In this document: positions 57,031 through 64,000 of the stretch, piece after piece
Layout of the letters: every line of letters begins with the position of its first letter
Numbering within the stretch: the first letter of the stretch is position 1
From: the human T2T-CHM13v2.0 reference genome, Homo sapiens
NCBI RefSeq assembly: GCF_009914755.1
Contig: NC_060927.1
Reading direction: 5' to 3' (one strand)
DNA length: 64,000 nucleotides
Translations under genes and position numbers: made by a program
Notes under the pieces: generated by a model
Database searches by the model: none
What the model saw: only the letters and a program-made list of their open reading frames with translations
What the model was told of the DNA's origin: nothing

Positions 57031-58033
57031 TCAGATGAAAAAAAATAAATGATTAATATTGGTGTTGTGTTGTCACTACTGTTTTGTGGATCGCTGGAGA
57101 GTGATTATATACCATATGTTCCAGGAAGGACAGTAAAGCTCATTACTCATTGCTCTGTAAACTGAATCTCCTCATCCATGACATCTGATCCTACTTATCT
57201 TCTGTTCACACATTCCTGGCCTGTCTTTATAGTACTTGTCAGGAAGATGACAAGTAAGTCAACTTCCATGGCTCCTAACAGTGATTCTGCTCCAAAACTT
57301 CAGTTCTGAGGTTTGGGGTGGCATACCTGAAGCTGTGTTCTGGAATATATTCTCTAGAAGCCTATCAAGGAAATTAGAAACAGACTTAAAAACTGAGATG
57401 GGTTTACAACCCAGCTGTGATTCACCATATCCATTTGTCTTTTGCTATTCTCCTCTTATATTGCTGCTAGAAGTTCCCTTTTATTGCCATCATTTTTTGA
57501 TATATATCTGTGCTTGTGTTAATCATGAAGGAAAAGTTAAGACGTCCATAAATTCTAAATACATTCCCTTCATTAGTTGTCTCACTACTTCTGCTTAAAA
57601 GAAAAATAACTTCAAGAGAATTGTCCAACATTGTTAAAGAACATTTAGTCAACATTATATTTATTAAGAATGTTATATGTACCTCATAAAGATGTACAAA
57701 CATTAATATTTTGTACCAATAAAACATTTTTAATTGAAAAATGGCTTTGGCCAATTTTTTTTCATCTTTGTTGTTGAGAAAATATCAGAATTTCAGTTCT
57801 TATTCAAACTTTCAGATCTTAGATTTCTTCAAGGTATTCCTATCCGGGATTTTTCTGAAGGATGTGTTTATCAACTGATTATTTAAGAAGAAATTAATAA
57901 CATCTATATAAAAATCAAATCATTTTTAATTTATTTTTATTGTTTTGTATTGTATATCACTTAACTGTCATTTTTTCTACCTTAATTTTTTTCTACTCAG
58001 CTCCTCCACTCTCTTCCTGAACCAAGAGCTCTC

Positions 58034-58036
58034 GTG

Positions 58037-58067
<31 letters not shown>

Positions 58068-58078
58068 ATTTGTGTGTG
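58034..58078. repeat. (TG)n microsatellite
   Basis: Read directly. Confidence 0.9.
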
Positions 58079-58446
58079 TTTAAACAGCAGACATATATTT
58101 CTCAGTTCTGGAGGCTGAGAAACCTAAGATCAAGGTGCTGGCAGATTTAGTTCCCGAGGGCTCTCTTTCTGGCACAGATGGCCACCTTCTCACTATGTCC
58201 TCACATGGCAGAGAAAGAAAGAGAGAGAGAGATACAGAGAGAGAGATTGAGAGAGAGAGAAAAAAACACACACACTCTGGTGTCTCTTTTCTAATAAGGG
58301 ACACTAATCCCATCCCTGGGCCCCACCCTCATAATATCATCTAAACCTAATCACTTCCCAAAGGTTCCACCTCCAACCACCATCACATTGGGGATTAGGG
58401 CTTCAAAATATGAGTTTTGGGTGGACACAAATGTTCAGTTCAACAG
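58079..58446 (-). mobile_element. MLT1A/A0 LTR with internal (GA)n(CA)n expansion
   Basis: agttctggaggctgagaaacctaagatcaaggtgctggcagatt...catcacattggggattagggcttcaa. Confidence 0.88.
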
Positions 58447-58663
58447 CTCTTTTAATTCATTCCAGTGCCTACACCTTTATCATTTTCCTTAGGCCTTTAA
58501 TGCAAGATGGCAGTAACCATTTTAAAAAAATTAATAAAAATGCACAATACATAAAACAGTTTTTCTTTATTAGCACTAAAATAATTTGGGAATGCTGAAG
58601 GATAATAAAAGACTGGTTTGTGAATTATTTAAGATATTTCTATTTAAACATATGAACGTATTC

Positions 58664-59122
58664 TTTTTTTTTTATTATACTTTAAGTTCTAGGGTACATG
58701 TGCACATTGTGCAGGTTAGTTACACATGTATACATGTGCCATGCTGGTGCGCTGCACCCACTAACTCGTCATCTAGCATTAGGTATATCTCCCAATGCTA
58801 TCCCTCCCCCCTCCCCCCACCCCACAACAGTCCCCAGAGTGTGATATTCCCCTTCCTGTGTCCATGTGATCTCACTGGTTAATTCCCACCTATGAGTGAG
58901 AATATGCAGTGTTTGATTTTTTGTTCTTGCGATAGTTTACTGACAATGATGATTTCCAATTTCATCCATGTCCCTACAAAGGACATGAACTCATCATTTT
59001 TTATGGCTGCATAGTATTCCATGGTGTATATGTGCCACATTTTCTTAATCCAGTCTATCATTGTTGGACATTTGGGTTGGTTCCAAGTCTTTGCTATTGT
59101 GAATAATGCCGCAATAAACATA
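58664..59122 (-). mobile_element. Young LINE-1 3' end (L1PA2-like), 5'-truncated
   Basis: Poly-T, then 3' UTR with young diagnostics (ccatgtgatctca, gtgatattcccc, gtgcacattgtgcagg). It has GAG rather than ACA/ACG at the Ta site. ORF 58879-59133 is the ORF2 C-terminus. Confidence 0.95.
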
Positions 59123-60789
59123 ATTTTAAGCATATTTATGTTCCTTACGTATTTGTTTCAAGGAAAATCCAAAAATATTCATTCAATATTTTTATAACAT
59201 AGCTTTGGAACATTTAATATTTTTATGGGGCTGTACTGCTTAGGGACTAAAAGGGATATAGCAAAACTGCAAATTATGACCCTTGCCATTTGAAATGTGC
59301 AATATAAATGGAGATAATACACAAGCAGACACATTCACTCACATAAGCTGCAGGAACTATGACTTTTTGTCACTACTTCCTAACTTGATGCCCAACAAAT
59401 AGTAAATACTCAGTAATGATTTTGAATTGAGTAAATACATAAAAGTCACAAAAGAGTGGGGTTAACTGTGTGGGCTCTAAAAAGAAAGAAAAAGGAAAAT
59501 GTTAACTATATCAATTAAAGCCACAAAATGCTACATGGAGAAGGTGAAACACTCAATTTTAAAGGCAGATAGTTTTTGTCTAGGTGCAAAAAGGCAAAAT
59601 GCATTTCAAGCGAAAAGTGCTTCAGAATCCTGGGCGATGGCAAAGTGTTTCTATCCCGATTATATCAGTCAATGAAGTTTTACCCCACCCCAAATAATTA
59701 TTTAAAGGTGAGGAGCCATTGGAATATTTTATGAAAAACAATTATATATTGTAAAGACCAAGAATAGTGACTGATTTAAAAGATTGTTGGCAATGCTTAT
59801 CTTATCATGAGACTAACAGCCTTGTTGTTTTGGACTTTATTGTTTTCATGGAGAAGGAAGGAAAGAAGGAAGAGAGGAAGAAAAAGTTATTCTTAAAGTT
59901 TATGAAATCTTGTTTCTAGTGATTTTAGTCACAAGTGTGGTATCTGAATGGAAAAATAAATTATATTTAGAGATGTTTTAGAACTGTCAAAAAAAGATAT
60001 AAGCTACATTGTGAAGCAGATGTTATAATTCTGTATTTTGTGATGGTGATGAAATCACTATTCTCCCTTCAAAATGGAACATTTCAAAAAATGTTTATTG
60101 GGGGAATTTCTGTGAGGCACTATCTTGTATAGAAATCAAAATAGTTAAGTCAAAGTTTCTGTGCCTACACTCCCTCTACTGACCAGCTGACCCACATGCT
60201 TTTTTTTTTTTTAAATAAATGTTGTGCTTATATCTAAGATACAGAATTGTTTCCTCAAGTTTTTCTAAAATGACCCATATGACATTTTGGTACAATACAA
60301 ATGATATAACCCCATAGAAAGCCAGTCAGAGCCACAAAGGAGAGTCACGTTTTCTGTTACATACTCTTTTTTTGAAGTAGGAAGCGTGATTGGCATCATA
60401 TGCTATGATCCATATGATACGTATTCCTCCAGAGACATGTTCAACAATAGCTAGAAAGTAAATATCTAAAGAAAACTATGTACAAATATCTTAGTTTGTC
60501 CTTTTCTCAATGTAAACATGAAAGTATTGCTGCTTAAAAAGAAGCATTTTTATGTTGTGTAAAGCTGGTACCATCTGAGAGTAAAATATAGTGCCCATAA
60601 AAACTCAGTAATTATCCTTATCTCAATTTCCTCCAGCAGTCCTGAAAAATAATATTGCTTGAGATAATCCATGTCACAATCACAGCAGGATATCTAGGTG
60701 CTCACTTTTCACTTTCTCTGTCATAGCAGAACATTAATAATATAAGATAAATAATTCTTAAATGTTGATAGGCCTCTAATGTAAGTCAG

Positions 60790-61530
60790 GTATAGATGAA
60801 GCTTACTCTATTCTCATTCACAACAAAAGCACTTTAAATCTCCCATGAGAAAAAATTGCAAATAATTTATGTAGATATTTCATCCTTAAGTAGAGGACAT
60901 AACTCCCTACTCTAAGTGTGGACTGTGCATAGTGACTTTCACGCAGAAAGGACAGTATTGAGAAGGAAAAAGATGTAGTAACTTTATAGTAGAGAAACTG
61001 GCAAGTTATCTTTGCCAGGTAATTAACGTTTTTATCAACAGTACCCTTGACATGATGGAATCAGAGTGGCACTTTCCCTCTGTGGTCTTTCTGTAAAAAA
61101 ACATACACTCTAACTATGAGAAAAAAAAATTAGTAAATTCCCAAGTGAGGGACAATCTGCAAAATACCTGACTAATACCCTTCAAAACTCTCAAGGTCAT
61201 TAAAAACAAAGAACACCTGGCAAACTGTCACAATCAAGATGAGCCTAAGGAGATGTGACTAATGAATCTAATGTGCTAACCAGAATTGTATCCTGAAATA
61301 GAAAAAGGACATTTGTGAGAAACTGAGAAAATCTGAATATAGTATAGAGTTCAGTTAAAGATTTTGCATCAGTATTTGTTCATTACTTGTGAAAGATACA
61401 CCATATTACTAAGATGTTAATAATAGGGGAAGCTGAGTGTGTGGTATATGAGAATTCTTGTACTCTCTTTGCAATAATTTTTGTATGTCTACCTAAGACT
61501 GTTGTAAAATTAAAAGTTTATTTTAAAATT
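60790..61530 (+). mobile_element. L1MC-type 3' UTR
   Basis: ctaagtgtggactgtgcatagtgacttt...cttcaaaactctcaaggtcattaaaaacaa...aaaattaaaagtttattttaaaa. Confidence 0.82.
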
Positions 61531-61559
61531 AGGTATGGTTTATCTTAAGCCCATACTAA

Positions 61560-62100
61560 TTATGACAAAAGACCTGGAGACAGGCATATGAGGGATGTGT
61601 TCTTTGAATATCCAAAGATTAGGTTACTTGGGAATATATTCTGCTTAAGGAATCATCAGTATATTCAAATGAGAATCGCAGGATAAGATTCACAATTTGG
61701 GAGTAATAATTAAATCAGAATTAAAGATTAGAGTATAGAATTTGAAATATTGAGAATAGAAAAGAATTCAGGATAAATGAGATAATAAAGAAGTTCAATG
61801 AGCAAAGAAAAGAGAATGAATGACATAGTCTGGGAATTGCACTCATTGGGCCAGCAGAAGAAAGAAGAGAGACTCTGGAGAATTTCAGAAAAGAAGGGAA
61901 GAAAGGCATACTAGAATAATATACAGGCACAGAAGTAAAGACAGGAAGAATGCTAATCAGGATCACGAGCTGAGTAATCAAGGAGTTATGTTAAGGATCA
62001 TGAAAAGCTGGTAACTCGAAAGTCATTGCTATGTTTAAAAGACTGGCAGAGAGGACACTTGATGCAAAGGGCTGAAAAGTGAAGAGAAAATAGGAAAGAT
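61560..62100 (-). mobile_element. Probable L2 fragment
   Basis: Purine-rich degenerate sequence (acaatttgggagtaataatt, ttaaggatcatgaaaagctgg) typical of antisense L2. Confidence 0.45.
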
Positions 62101-62123
62101 TAGGCAGTAATTTAGTGAAGTGG

Positions 62124-62531
62124 TGTCTTAGGACCACTATAAAAACAACAACAACAAAAACAAAAACACTATATCCTGGGGTGGGGGAAGAGGGAATTTG
62201 GCAGGCTTAAACAACAAACATTTATTTCTTATGATTCTAGAAGCTGGGAAGTCTAAGTTCAAGGTGCCAGTTGACTCTGTGTAAGGTGAAGGCCCTCTTC
62301 CTGGTTTACAGATAGGCCCTTTCTTGCTGTATTCTCACATGAAGAAGAAGAGAGATCTATCTCATGTTTCTTTTTCTCTTTATAAAGGCATTAACTCCAT
62401 CTTGAGGGTCCCACCTCCATAACCTAACCTAACCCTAATTACCCCCCAAAGGCCTCACTTCCAAATCCCATTATGTAGGGTATTAAATCTTCAAAATTTG
62501 AATTTTACCGGTACACATTCAGTCCGTAGGA
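62124..62531 (-). mobile_element. MLT1A-type LTR
   Basis: ggcttaaacaacaaacatttatttc...gctgggaagtctaagttcaaggtgccag...acacattcagtccgtag. Confidence 0.88.
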
Positions 62532-62557
62532 CATTGTGAGAGTTTTGTCAATAGTAA

Positions 62558-62726
62558 CTTGAATTTTTCTATGCGCACTATACCACGGACCAGCTGCATC
62601 AATGTCACCTGGGAGCCTGATACAAATGTGGAAATTCAGACCCGTCTTATACATATGTAGTCAGGATCTGCATTTTAGCAAGATCCCCTCCTGATCCGAA
62701 TGCACTTTAAAGTCTGAGAAACATTG
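62558..62726. mobile_element. MER5A hAT-Charlie MITE
   Basis: ggaccagctgcatcaatgtcacctgggag...atctgcattttagcaagatcccc...aaagtctgagaaacattg. Confidence 0.8.
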
Positions 62727-63559
62727 GATTATATTATTATTTCAAGAATTTGGCAATATCAAGATGGGGGAAAATAATAGTTTAAGTAAGAAATGCATTT
62801 TAAGATTTTTTTTTACTGGAAGAAAGGGCACATGAGTATATATGTAGGTGAGAAGAAGCAGAAACAAGTGAGGAAGCAGAGATATAAAGAAATGAATACT
62901 GGTCATAAAATAAGGCTCATGATATTGCTCATCATAACTGTCCGTTTCCATCTTTATTCATCTTATCACGACCTGTGGCTTTACCATTTACAGTAACTGA
63001 AAGTGGGGATTCTGAGGGAAAGGGGGGATCCACCAAATCTTTTGACATAGGTCATCCAGGATCTGTCAATTCCCTGTAGCTTTGGTTTCCCTTCCACTCT
63101 CCTAAAAATGAGAACACTGAACAAGCATCTGTATAAGGAATTAAGGTTCAATAAAAAAGTTTTCTAACTTTGATGTCACTTAGTTAGCATTAACTAAAGA
63201 AGCATAAAAAAGACAGCTATTCTGTTTGAACTCTCCTTATAGAATGTACTTTAAGGACTGACTTTCCCAATTAATTGTAATCTTTTATGAGTCCCCCAAG
63301 AGATGCACAGAGCTGTCCTAACCTGCTAATTAGGAGGCCAGCAATGTACTGCTAGGCTTTTTGGAGTACATTCCCTGAGGAAGTGTTAGTACCAAGTGTT
63401 TCTCTTGGGATGATCTATAAATAATTTTTAATGAACAAGATATTATTCTTAATGATCTTCTGGAGACTTGACCAGCACTAAGATACTTTAAGAAAAAGCA
63501 CATTTCCATCAATAGCCATTGATATGCCATTGGCTTGACTTAGAAAAAGGAGCAAGGAT

Positions 63560-63790
63560 CTTTGCATCAACAATTGAGAAACCAAAGTTATCAGCTTAAT
63601 TCTATGGCTGTGCCCTTTTATTTTCTTTAAGATACAATGTTCTCATCTGTAAAATGGGAAAATGAAACTAACATGAATTAGCAAATTGGAAACTCTGGAA
63701 TTAGATGTGGCCCACATGGGTATTTGCTATTATTTGCATGTTTATGTCTAGCGTAGTACACAGGCCAGTTTAGTTGGCCATATAAGATTT
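63560..63790 (+). mobile_element. MIR SINE fragment
   Basis: tctcatctgtaaaatgggaa core. Confidence 0.55.
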
Positions 63791-64000
63791 GCTTTGTAAG
63801 CTCTATAGCACTGTTTAAATATAAGGCCTTATTATTAGCACTGTTGCTAATCTGCTCAAAATAAACTAATAAGAGTCAGCTCCAGGAAATTTATTCTAGA
63901 AGCAAACTCGTTGTGTGGAATCAGTAATATTGTCCCTATATTTTCAGCAGAGTTTAAAAAGAAACATTTGAGCCAAAGAAAGAGTCAGAAGCTCCCTCTG

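Overview
AT-rich, repeat-dense primate genomic DNA, probably human or great ape (AluY and L1PA2/L1PA3 diagnostics). It looks like intergenic or large-intron sequence. I found no recognisable spliced protein-coding exon, RNA gene or CpG island. The long ORFs are fragments of LINE-1 ORF2, the MaLR internal ORF, and one processed PPIA (cyclophilin A) retrocopy whose frame is still open. I do not see a new biological system. The most unusual structure is at 14.8-17.2 kb: a ~205-bp inverted copy of nearby DNA sits inside a TSD-less Alu, with junction microhomology and short re-copied filler, and was later split by an L1 insertion. Other points of note are two 5'-inverted (twin-primed) L1s, a three-arm AluY, THE1 LTRs with intact DUX4-type motifs, and repeat-free motif-rich stretches that may be enhancers. 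Repeat subfamily names are from memory of consensus sequences, and boundaries of old elements are approximate.
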